Source: Dehalococcoidia bacterium
GTDB lineage: Bacteria; Chloroflexota; Dehalococcoidia; Lucifugimonadales; UBA1123
Assembly: GCA_963422295.1 (NCBI GenBank)
Contig: OY729417.1
Location: forward strand, 1,917,537-1,981,536
Reading direction: 5' to 3'
DNA length: 64,000 bases
Part shown: positions 37,485 through 45,864 of the stretch, one piece after another
Position numbering within the stretch: position 1 is the first letter of the stretch
How the letters are laid out: each line of letters starts with the position of its first letter
The notes under the pieces: model-generated
What the model saw: the letters and a program-made list of their open reading frames with translations, nothing else
Database searches by the model: none
What the model was told of the DNA's origin: nothing
Position numbers and translations under genes: made by a program

Positions 37485-39770
37485 TCACTTCACAGGCTCG
37501 GTCACTATCACGCCATCACGGTAGAGCGCGGCTATCTCCAATTCGGAAAAGCCGACTTTCGACAGCGTCTCTGCCGTGTGCTGTCCGAGCAGCGGCGTGG
37601 GCAGTTTTGGCAGGGAGTCTGCCCCATCGAAAGATACGAGATTTCCGCTGAGCCGGACGATTCCCAGCGTTGGATGTTGTATTTCTGCCGTCATCCTGTT
37701 GGCGCGCGTCTGTGGATCGTGGAAGAATCCCTGCGCATAGTCCGCGACCACCGGCGCGCAAGGTATCCCGTGGGCGGTGAGCATGGCTAGGGCGTCGTTG
37801 GCGCTCGACGCGGCGAGTTTGGTTTCGTCTAGGATATCTGCCAGGATGTCCGCGTCCGGGAGAGGCGATACACCGTCGGCGGCTATGTATATCCAGCCGT
37901 CGGAGACGCGATAGAGTCGGCGCAGCGGATCTATTCCCATCTGATCGGGGTCTGGCAGTCGGCGTGGCCGCTTTCCTTCATAGTCTAGGAATCCGTCTGC
38001 GTTCACGATGACACCGGCGGCCATTAGGTTCGTGTCCACCTTTTGGCCGGCTCCGAAACGGGCGCGGGCGAGCAGCGCGATGACCGTTCCCAGCGCTCCG
38101 AGCGCGCCGCCTGTGTAGTCGCAAGGCGCGAGCATGGATAGATATACGGGTGGCGCGTCGTATCCACCCTGAGCGTGTTGAAGTCCTGTTATCGCCTGCG
38201 CTATCGGATCGACACCCGGACGCTGCGAATAGGGGCCGTCCCAGCCGTATGCGGTGATGTGCGTCTGGATGATGTTCGGGTTCAGCGAACTGAGCGTTTC
38301 AGTATCCAGCCCGGTACGGTCGATTGCGCCGGGTCTCATATTGGAGAGAATCACATCGGATACGGCGGCGATCCGACGGGCTATCGCTTTGCCTGCGTCG
38401 GCGCGTGTGTTCGCGGAGACCGAGCGTTTGTTGGCATTGAACGCTATGAACCCCGCTCCACCCGCGGGACGCGATATATCGCCATCGAGCGACTCGAACT
38501 TGATCGACTCCGCGCCCAGATCGGCGAGCAGACGCCCCGCGACCGGCCCTGCGATCACATTGGTCATCTCCATTACACGGACGCCAACCAGCGGCAGCTC
38601 ATCTGAGTTCGAGTTCGAGTCTGCCTCGGATATGGGTGACGGTTCGGCTGTCTGCGAATCGGTAAGGGCAGTGTCAGGGGCATCGTTCGGCGCGGCGGCG
38701 CGCGGCGCGTGGATTCGTCCGGGAGTGGCAGACAGGTTGATCGGCAAACCGGCCATCCGCGTCGGGCCGAAAATGGGGTCTTCCAGCTGGTGTACGAGCG
38801 CGTTATGCAGGATTTGCGGATCGCGCATGGCGTCTTCGGCAGTCTGTGTTAGAGTGCACGGAACATCGGCGGCTTGCAGATCATCTATCCACTCGTGCGA
38901 TGGGCGTGTCCTGATGCGCTGCTGTACGATGTCGAACAGCTCGCGGCGGGCGTCCTCGTCGCGCGGCCAGCGTCCGTCGCCAAATCTAGGGTCTGCCGCG
39001 ATGACATCGACCACGCCGATGACGGCGGCTGCCAGATCAACGAATCCAGAGTGGATGCAGCCAATCTGAATCCAGCGCCCGTCGGCGCATTCGAACACGC
39101 TGTAAAACGGGCCGCCACCCTGTGGAGTCATGTTCATTCGGCGCACTGGGATGTTGTCGCTCGCGGCCTTCGGCGTGTAGAGCAGCGCGCCTGCCATGAG
39201 TGAGGTCCGAACGCGCCTGCCGTGTCCGGAGTTTTCTCTATGGTACAGCGCGGCGCAGATGCCCGTTGCCGCCAGCAACCCCGCGCCGATGTATGCTACC
39301 GGATGCGCTACATGAATCGGCCCGCCGCGATAGGACGGCTGGCTGGCAAGAACCCCGGCGCGCGCCGCCGCGAGATCGTGGTCGGCGGGCTCGTCCCGCA
39401 GAGGGCCGCGCGCGCCGTATGCGGTTATCGAGCAGTGGACGATTCGGGGGTGGACTTCGGTTAGTGTGTCCAGACCCAGCCGCGCGCGTTCGGTCGTCGG
39501 CGACGAGGGGAAGTCGTCGATGACGGCGTCCGACACGCTGTACAGATCTCTCAACGCAGCCGTGTCGTCTCTGTCCAGTCTTGCGACCTCTTTGCCCCTG
39601 TCGTACAGCGCGAAAATATCAGGGGCGCGAACGATGTCCGCATCTCGGAAGGCGACACGAACGACACGCGCGCCGTTGTCAGACAAAAACATCGACGCAA
39701 GCGCGCCTGCATACCCCGCAGACATATCCACAACGGTCATGCCGCTCAACGCGGATTGCGGTTCAGTCAT
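37485..39770 (-). CDS. tandem-fused family III (CaiB/BaiF) CoA-transferase
   Basis: Two CoA-transferase N-terminal signatures occur in one 761-aa chain: LSGMTVVDMSAGYAGALASMFLSDNGARVVRV, and LVGVRVMEMTNVIAGPVAGRLLADLGAESIKFE about 390 aa later. Confidence 0.85.
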   Translation of the reverse strand: MTEPQSALSGMTVVDMSAGYAGALASMFLSDNGARVVRVAFRDADIVRAPDIFALYDRGKEVARLDRDDTAALRDLYSVSDAVIDDFPSSPTTERARLGLDTLTEVHPRIVHCSITAYGARGPLRDEPADHDLAAARAGVLASQPSYRGGPIHVAHPVAYIGAGLLAATGICAALYHRENSGHGRRVRTSLMAGALLYTPKAASDNIPVRRMNMTPQGGGPFYSVFECADGRWIQIGCIHSGFVDLAAAVIGVVDVIAADPRFGDGRWPRDEDARRELFDIVQQRIRTRPSHEWIDDLQAADVPCTLTQTAEDAMRDPQILHNALVHQLEDPIFGPTRMAGLPINLSATPGRIHAPRAAAPNDAPDTALTDSQTAEPSPISEADSNSNSDELPLVGVRVMEMTNVIAGPVAGRLLADLGAESIKFESLDGDISRPAGGAGFIAFNANKRSVSANTRADAGKAIARRIAAVSDVILSNMRPGAIDRTGLDTETLSSLNPNIIQTHITAYGWDGPYSQRPGVDPIAQAITGLQHAQGGYDAPPVYLSMLAPCDYTGGALGALGTVIALLARARFGAGQKVDTNLMAAGVIVNADGFLDYEGKRPRRLPDPDQMGIDPLRRLYRVSDGWIYIAADGVSPLPDADILADILDETKLAASSANDALAMLTAHGIPCAPVVADYAQGFFHDPQTRANRMTAEIQHPTLGIVRLSGNLVSFDGADSLPKLPTPLLGQHTAETLSKVGFSELEIAALYRDGVIVTEPVK

Positions 39771-39785
39771 GATGTGTTATAACTA

Positions 39786-39869
39786 TATATGTAATCGGAA
39801 TGTACGGTAATCCGCGTCGCACATCCGTATATGTAATCGGAATGTACGGTAATCCGCGTCGCACATCCG
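39786..39869. repeat. perfect 42-bp tandem duplication immediately upstream of the CoA-transferase gene
   Basis: tatatgtaatcggaatgtacggtaatccgcgtcgcacatccg occurs twice with no mismatch. Confidence 0.95.
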
Positions 39870-40224
39870 TCATGTGTCGCGCAGGTGAGCGCGTGAGTCG
39901 AGTTCACGATACGGGAACTCTTCGTGATCATAGTCGCTAGGAAAAACATGGGAATTACAACGAATCCTCGATTTTGTGGATCATGCCTATTTTCTGTAAT
40001 TATAAACCCAACTGCCTGCTATGACGAAGTAATATCAGACGCCAATGAATGAGAATGCGCGCATGATATATATGACGGCAAGCGCGGTCTGAACCGAGAG
40101 ATATTGGTGAATGTCTGAGGATGTTCGGAGAGCGGCCGCGCCGCAAAGCTCTGCCATCGTATGTTCCCATCGTGTAGAATCTAAGCTGATGATTTCTCTT
40201 AATTAGATACCGGAGTTATATGCG

Positions 40225-40842
40225 ATGCTGAATAAGCTTGGACGTATTACCCAAATTCGCCCTGATAGGACTCGGCCCGATGCGCCGCCCGGCCAGTTCG
40301 TGACGGATAAGTTTCCTGTTCTGACCTACGGACCGACGCCGAGGATAGACTTGGCGGATTGGAAGTTCGATATATCAGGTCTGGTGGATGAGAAGATAAC
40401 ACTAGATTGGCAGCAGTTCGGCGACTTGCCGCAGGTTACTTTGGATGCGGAGTTTCACTGTGTTACGCAGTGGAGCAAGCTGCAGAATACTTGGCAGGGG
40501 GTGTTGTTCACCGATTTGGTGAAGCTGATCAGCCCGAGCTCGGATGCCAAGTATGTGATGGCGCACTGCTATGGCGGCTATACCACCAACATTGCGCTGG
40601 ATGTGCTGATGGATGACGATGTGCTGTTCGCGCATTCGCATGACGGCGAGCCTCTGACTCCGCCGCATGGTGGCCCACTGCGGCTGGTAGTGCCGAAGCG
40701 GTATGGCTGGAAGAGCGCCAAATGGGTGAATGGCATCGAGTTCATGGCGGAAGACCGCCCCGGTTTCTGGGAAATTCGCGGCTATCACATGGAAGGCGAC
40801 CCTTGGAGGGAAGAGCGGTTCTGGAGTTCGCTGAGCTATTAG
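40225..40842 (+). CDS. molybdopterin-dependent (sulfite-oxidase-fold, YedY/MsrP-like) oxidoreductase
   Basis: FHCVTQWSKL..W.GV, GGPLRLVVP..YGWKSAKW and GYH..GDPW blocks. Confidence 0.8.
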   Translation: MLNKLGRITQIRPDRTRPDAPPGQFVTDKFPVLTYGPTPRIDLADWKFDISGLVDEKITLDWQQFGDLPQVTLDAEFHCVTQWSKLQNTWQGVLFTDLVKLISPSSDAKYVMAHCYGGYTTNIALDVLMDDDVLFAHSHDGEPLTPPHGGPLRLVVPKRYGWKSAKWVNGIEFMAEDRPGFWEIRGYHMEGDPWREERFWSSLSY

Positions 40843-40926
40843 CAGTAAGCTCGTCAGGGGATATTTCGGATATTTCGGTTGCTTTGGTGGGGAGTCGGTT
40901 CTCGTTATTCGTTCGTGTTTCGCCTC

Positions 40927-41829
40927 CTAGTATATCTCAATTGCCAACGCTCGTTCGGCGCCTGTTAGGTCTCGGTGGGTATCTATGCTTCGGGTGTTCG
41001 GCATCTCGCGGGCGGCGATTTTGGCGGCAGTCTCCATCTGCTCTGGCATTAGCTCGACGATGAGTGTTCCGCCGGGGGCGAGTCTGTCTTTCGATTGCGC
41101 GAGCAGCCTTCTGAAGAGCGTTAGGCCGTCTGATCCGCCGTCTATTGCCAAGCGTGGTTCGCGCCGCACCTCTTCCTGAAGATTCTCTATCGAATCGCTG
41201 GGGATATAGGGCGGATTGGATACGATTATGTCTAACGGCCCTCTCAGGGGTTTCAACAAGTCGCCTGCGATAAAGCTCACGCTCACGCGCTCAGTTAGCT
41301 GATTATCCGTGTGCTCATTCTGGCTGAGTACGGCGGCGTTGCGTCTGGCGATGTCGAGCGCGCCGGTGTCTATGTCGGTGGCGATGATCGCGGCGTGAGG
41401 GGCGTTGGTCGCGATAGCCAGCGCGATCGCGCCGGACCCGGTGCCGATGTCCGCTACTATGGGAATGGGAGAAGAGTCGGTGCGACGCAGACGCTCCAAC
41501 GCGATGTCCACGAGCAGTTCGGTCTCCTGTCTGGGGATGAGTACGCGGTCAGTGACTCTCAATTCTATGCCATAGAATTCGCGTCGCCCGACGATATATG
41601 CCAGCGGCTCGCCGGCAAGTCTCTGATTCAACAACGATTCCAGATGGCGTGATTGGCTGGTCGAGATAGGACTATCTCGCGTGTAGAGCGTCGTCAGGAA
41701 GTCGCTTCGAGTCATACCCAGTGTGTGCCGTAGCAGAATCTCCGATTCTATACGCCACTCCGGCGCTCCATGATTGCGTAGGGAGGATGCGACGAAACGA
41801 AAACTTTGCGTCAGAGATGAGACCGTCAT
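40927..41829 (-). CDS. prmC: peptide chain release factor N5-glutamine methyltransferase
   Basis: GEPLAYIVGRREFYG, VLIPRQETE, DIGTGSGAIA and SNPPYIP motifs. Confidence 0.85.
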   Translation of the reverse strand: MTVSSLTQSFRFVASSLRNHGAPEWRIESEILLRHTLGMTRSDFLTTLYTRDSPISTSQSRHLESLLNQRLAGEPLAYIVGRREFYGIELRVTDRVLIPRQETELLVDIALERLRRTDSSPIPIVADIGTGSGAIALAIATNAPHAAIIATDIDTGALDIARRNAAVLSQNEHTDNQLTERVSVSFIAGDLLKPLRGPLDIIVSNPPYIPSDSIENLQEEVRREPRLAIDGGSDGLTLFRRLLAQSKDRLAPGGTLIVELMPEQMETAAKIAAREMPNTRSIDTHRDLTGAERALAIEIY

Positions 41830-41894
41830 AGTTTACCGTCGTCTATCTGTTCGTGTCCCGATTGGCGTTCGTTTGCTGTAATCTAGCGCGGTTC

Positions 41895-42803
41895 TCATGC
41901 CAGAGTTATGACGATTACGCCGCCGACGGTCAAGGCGATTGCCGCCAGTTTCACAGCGATTATTCTTTTCTCCAGCGGCTCGTCCAGTACGCGGGAGGCT
42001 CCTAGGCTGAGCAGTATGCCAAGCGCGAAGACGAATATCGGCCTGCTCGCCATGATCGTCGATGCAAGCGACACCGGGCCTGAGTAGATAGCGGCGAGCA
42101 TCAGCAGAAGCGCGATGAATACTAACGCGCCTTCTGTGAACAGCACTAGTCCGACGGACATCGGACGGCGGAGCGTGTCGATCAGGTCTCCCAGCGCGCG
42201 CGGCCTTATAGTCGGCATGATGCACGCGGTTCCTCCACCCAGCGCGCGCCACATCAGCAGCGTCCACACATCCATATCCTCGGCTACGACCTTGCTCAGG
42301 AACTGGCTCAGACCGAATCCGAGACTTGCCAGTATCAGCAGGCCGAAGGCCAGCAGTTCACCCCTGCCCCTGTCGGAGGTTCGCGCGGTTGGCCCTAGTG
42401 ACATGAGCGATGCCCCGACGACGGTTATCAGTACCCCGACCCATGCGAGCGCGCCTATCGTCTCGTCCAGGAGCAGCGCGGCAAGTATGGCGACGAATAT
42501 CGGATAGGTCGATGTTACTGGAATAACCCTCGAAACATCTTGTCGCCCCATCACCCAGAACATCAACACGAGATAGGCTCCCGAAGTAAGACCGGAGGCA
42601 TAGCCGACCGCGACATCCCATGAGCCGTATCCGCTCCACGAGACCCATGGCAGTACTACGACTGCCAGCAGCAGCTGTGTGAACCCGACCATACTGATGA
42701 AAGTCCAGGCGTTGGGGGTATGGCGCTGAATGATTATCTTGTCTAGCGCGGAGACTACGGCGAACGCTACCGTGCTGCCTAGCGCGAACAGCGCCCAGCT
42801 CAT
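41895..42803 (-). CDS. EamA/DMT family transporter
   Basis: 302 aa with ten hydrophobic segments arranged as two EamA-like halves. Confidence 0.8.
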   Translation of the reverse strand: MSWALFALGSTVAFAVVSALDKIIIQRHTPNAWTFISMVGFTQLLLAVVVLPWVSWSGYGSWDVAVGYASGLTSGAYLVLMFWVMGRQDVSRVIPVTSTYPIFVAILAALLLDETIGALAWVGVLITVVGASLMSLGPTARTSDRGRGELLAFGLLILASLGFGLSQFLSKVVAEDMDVWTLLMWRALGGGTACIMPTIRPRALGDLIDTLRRPMSVGLVLFTEGALVFIALLLMLAAIYSGPVSLASTIMASRPIFVFALGILLSLGASRVLDEPLEKRIIAVKLAAIALTVGGVIVITLA

Positions 42804-42848
42804 TCCAGCGCGAACCGAGAATATGAGGTAGGGGGCGGCGCGCGCATA

Positions 42849-44315
42849 CTAGAAGATCGCGTCGTCACCGAGTACATCTCGGATGAGCAGGCGCGAACGC
42901 TGGCTTTGCCTGATGTTGGCGTCCAGCAAGTTGGCATCGCCCCAGATGTCCATAATGCGGGCGGTCAGCTGCTCGCGGACCGCGGAGTGGGTTGGGTCTT
43001 CGGCGAGGTTGTAGAACTCGTCGGGGTCTGCTTCGAGGTCGTAGAGCTCCACATCGGGAGCGTCCTTGTGGTGGCTGTACGCCAGCTTCCAGCGCCCTCG
43101 TCGGAGCATCGCTCGCGGACGGTCGGTGCCGTGCGCGAGGTGTTCTGAGAATGCCTCGTCTCGCTCCGATTCGGAGTCGCCAGTAATCTGCGGGAGCAGC
43201 GACTCGCCGTCTGGGGACATCGTGGAGGATACTTCATCGCCGACTCCGGCCATATCCAGAATCGTGGCAGTCACATCCACCAGCGAGACCGCGCCGCCGA
43301 ATCGCTGTCCGCCATCTATGACGCCCGGCCAAGCTATCTGGAGCGGCACACGCGCGGACTGTTCATAGAAGTTCATCTTGCGCCAGAGGCCATGTTCTCC
43401 TAGCGATTCGCCGTGGTCGGATGTGTGGATGATGATGGTGTTATCGGTCATTCCCGTCTCATCTAACGCATCTAGCAGACGGCCTATCTTATCGTCAAGA
43501 TATGTGATTAGCCCGTAGTATGCCGCCCGCGCGCGGCGTATCTCGTCGTTCATGTAACCGGAGAATCCGAACGCCTGTCGCAGTTTGCGCGCGGCGGCTG
43601 GCAGGTTGTCCAAATGTCCTGGTGGATTGTTTGGCAGATCGGCATGATCGGGATAGTACATGGAGAAGTAAGGCTCTGGCACGACGAATGGAAAGTGCGG
43701 CGCGACGAACCCGACGCACAGAGCCCATGGCGCAGACCGCCGCGCCGGGTCGTGTATATATTCCAACGCGGCTGATTCGATAGCATCATCCGCCTCGATC
43801 ATCGGCCCAGTTCCGGCACGCGCCTGCCGTACGCTAGACCATGCTTCTTCTGCTTTCGGCACTCCGTCTTCCCACAGATAGATCGGATGCCTGCCGCCGC
43901 TGGACAGCCCCAGACGGCGCGATTGCGCGTCTCCGCCGTGTCCGTCGGCGTGGGGGTCGTATGCAAGTTGGCTTTGGAATCCGTGCAGCCTGTCGGGGCC
44001 GATCAGGTGCATCTTTCCGGATAGGGCGGAGTCGTACCCTGCGGCTCTGAGTAGATAGGGCCAAGTCGTGGCGTCGGCCGGCAGCGGCTTGGCATTGTCC
44101 CATCCCTCGCAGCGCGACACATATCGCCCGGTCATAAACGATAGACGGGAAGGGACGCAGAGTGGGGAGTTGCAGTATGCGGCGTCGAAGGTTGCCCCGG
44201 CCTCGGCGATGCGTTCCATGTTGGGCGTTCGCACGAAAGAGTGACCGTAGGCGGATGACCACATCGGCCCGTGTTCATCGGACATTATCACGAGGAAGTT
44301 GGGCTGTTTGCTCAT
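42849..44315 (-). CDS. sulfatase (formylglycine-dependent)
   Basis: MSKQPNFLVIMSDEHG start and CVPSR (CxPxR) motif in CNSPLCVPSRLSFMTGR. The ATG overlaps the upstream stop (ATGA). Confidence 0.85.
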   Translation of the reverse strand: MSKQPNFLVIMSDEHGPMWSSAYGHSFVRTPNMERIAEAGATFDAAYCNSPLCVPSRLSFMTGRYVSRCEGWDNAKPLPADATTWPYLLRAAGYDSALSGKMHLIGPDRLHGFQSQLAYDPHADGHGGDAQSRRLGLSSGGRHPIYLWEDGVPKAEEAWSSVRQARAGTGPMIEADDAIESAALEYIHDPARRSAPWALCVGFVAPHFPFVVPEPYFSMYYPDHADLPNNPPGHLDNLPAAARKLRQAFGFSGYMNDEIRRARAAYYGLITYLDDKIGRLLDALDETGMTDNTIIIHTSDHGESLGEHGLWRKMNFYEQSARVPLQIAWPGVIDGGQRFGGAVSLVDVTATILDMAGVGDEVSSTMSPDGESLLPQITGDSESERDEAFSEHLAHGTDRPRAMLRRGRWKLAYSHHKDAPDVELYDLEADPDEFYNLAEDPTHSAVREQLTARIMDIWGDANLLDANIRQSQRSRLLIRDVLGDDAIF

Positions 44316-44731
44316 ACAGCGGTTCCGTAGATGCGTTCGGGAACGATGATGACGGCGGCTCGGTTGTCTGAAATCATGGCTGAGTCGTATTCGTCCCAGT
44401 CTGGATGTTCTCTGCCGGATGCGGCTCGGTATATGCCGCGCAGGGCATCGCGCAGCTCCGTATCGTCCGAATGCCCCCGTCTTAGCAGACGAGCCCTGCC
44501 TTCCAGCACCACATATCCCCACCAGTCGTCTTTGGAGACGAGCAGTGAACAGCGGGAGTCGCGCGCTAGATTGCGCAGCTTTGCGCGGTTTTCGGTGGTG
44601 GTGAACCCGACGCCGTCTGCGTATGCGCCGACGGTGACTATGCTCATTTGCGCCGCGCCGTTCTTGCGAAAGGTCGTCAGAACGGCGTTATGGCTGTCCG
44701 AAACGAAATCCGAGATATTTGGAGGAAGCAT
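44312..44731 (-). CDS. PPOX-class (pyridoxamine 5'-phosphate oxidase-like) probable F420-dependent protein
   Basis: 139 aa; HNAVLTTFRKNGAAQMSIV...GRA is typical of the split-barrel family. Confidence 0.75.
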   Translation of the reverse strand: MLPPNISDFVSDSHNAVLTTFRKNGAAQMSIVTVGAYADGVGFTTTENRAKLRNLARDSRCSLLVSKDDWWGYVVLEGRARLLRRGHSDDTELRDALRGIYRAASGREHPDWDEYDSAMISDNRAAVIIVPERIYGTAV

Positions 44732-44749
44732 GCTCTAACCTAGAATGTC

Positions 44750-45256
44750 TTAGGCTGTGAAATCCGTTTCGTAAAGATCGTAGTGCGAGTGTTCCATGCC
44801 GAGTTTCTTGTATGTCTGCTGCGCTGGTGTGTTGGTTCGGTCCACATACAGACGGACGCCGCAGACGCCGCCGGTATCTTCGGCGCGCTGCAGGACATGG
44901 GTATGCATCTCTGTATATACCCCCCTGCGTCGGTATGCGGCATCGACATAGACACTCTGAATCCACCAGACAGTGGAGTTTCGCCAGTCGCTCCATTCGT
45001 AGGTAATTAGCAGACTGCTGACCACCACGCCGCCGATCTCCGCGACGATGTAGAATCCGAGATCGCGCGATGCGAGGACTGCGGTTACGCCCGCGAGCAG
45101 TGTGGATTCGTCGAGTGTCTTGCCTTCCGTCTCCATCGCCATGCTCTGCTGAAATCGGACGATGTGGGCGAGGTCTTCTTGGCGCGCGTCGTGGACTGTG
45201 ATTGGTGGTGTGGGAGCTGGTCGAGGCAATTCTCTCTCCGTAATATAAGCAACCAT
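44750..45256 (-). CDS. GNAT family N-acetyltransferase
   Basis: VVSSLLITYEWSDWRN...W.IQSVYVDAAYRRRGVY is an acetyl-CoA binding-type block. The ATG at 45256 is preferred; the tracked GTG at 45313 remains possible. Confidence 0.7.
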   Translation of the reverse strand: MVAYITERELPRPAPTPPITVHDARQEDLAHIVRFQQSMAMETEGKTLDESTLLAGVTAVLASRDLGFYIVAEIGGVVVSSLLITYEWSDWRNSTVWWIQSVYVDAAYRRRGVYTEMHTHVLQRAEDTGGVCGVRLYVDRTNTPAQQTYKKLGMEHSHYDLYETDFTA

Positions 45257-45444
45257 ACAGGATGATAATAGAACAGGGTGACAGTAGATCTGTGAGCGAA
45301 CAGATTGTATCACAGCTTAGGTGGAATGGGAGCGGAGGATGGTATCGCTAACGGACGGGTGTTCTCTGCGCATGCGGGCGCCGTTTTCGGTCTAGTTCCA
45401 GCAATGCTCTGCAAAATGCGTAATCGTTGGGTATATTTCAGCAG

Positions 45445-45864
45445 CTATTCACCTTTAGTGTAGTCTGCCACTCGCTGGGGTACGAGTCTGAAGATAACAA
45501 TGTTGGGGTGTTCGCCCCGGTATCCTTCGGCGAATGTGAGAGCTTCGTCTCTTTCGTAGTACCGGAGCGACATCGAGAGTACGAGATCGTACAGTGGCCG
45601 GCTGACTTCCTCTACCGCGCCGCTCAATATGACCGATTCGTATGGAGGTTTGCGGGAGTCGATGCACAGCGACGCATATGGTGTTCGTCGGAGGTTGCGC
45701 CATTTCAGGGTACGACGGTTCGTGAACATGTATGGCGCGCCGTCTTCCCAGTGATACCAGATTGGCGTGGAACGCGGTTTGCCATCAGCATCGACCGTGC
45801 TGATGACGGCGACGCGGGTTTGGTTTAGAAACCCGTTTACATGTTTGGGGATGGCGACGGTCAT
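45445..45864 (-). CDS. PPOX-class probable F420-dependent protein
   Basis: FLNQTRVAVISTVDADGKPRSTPIWYHWEDG. The ATG overlaps the methyltransferase stop (ATGA at 45861-45864). Confidence 0.8.
   Translation of the reverse strand: MTVAIPKHVNGFLNQTRVAVISTVDADGKPRSTPIWYHWEDGAPYMFTNRRTLKWRNLRRTPYASLCIDSRKPPYESVILSGAVEEVSRPLYDLVLSMSLRYYERDEALTFAEGYRGEHPNIVIFRLVPQRVADYTKGE

Noticed and set aside
40861-40880. Small tandem repeats in intergenic DNA: gatatttcg x2 near 40861-40880, and a similar tttttacggg x2 near 63644-63663.
   Set aside because: There are only two copies of 9-10 bp. No associated structure or conservation can be assessed, so they are likely chance or slippage events.
44316-44522. 69-codon extension of the sulfatase ORF.
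   Set aside because: The extension is Arg/Ser-rich nonsense lying inside the PPOX gene. MSKQPNFLVIMSDEHG is a typical cytoplasmic sulfatase N-terminus and gives an ATGA overlap with the upstream stop.
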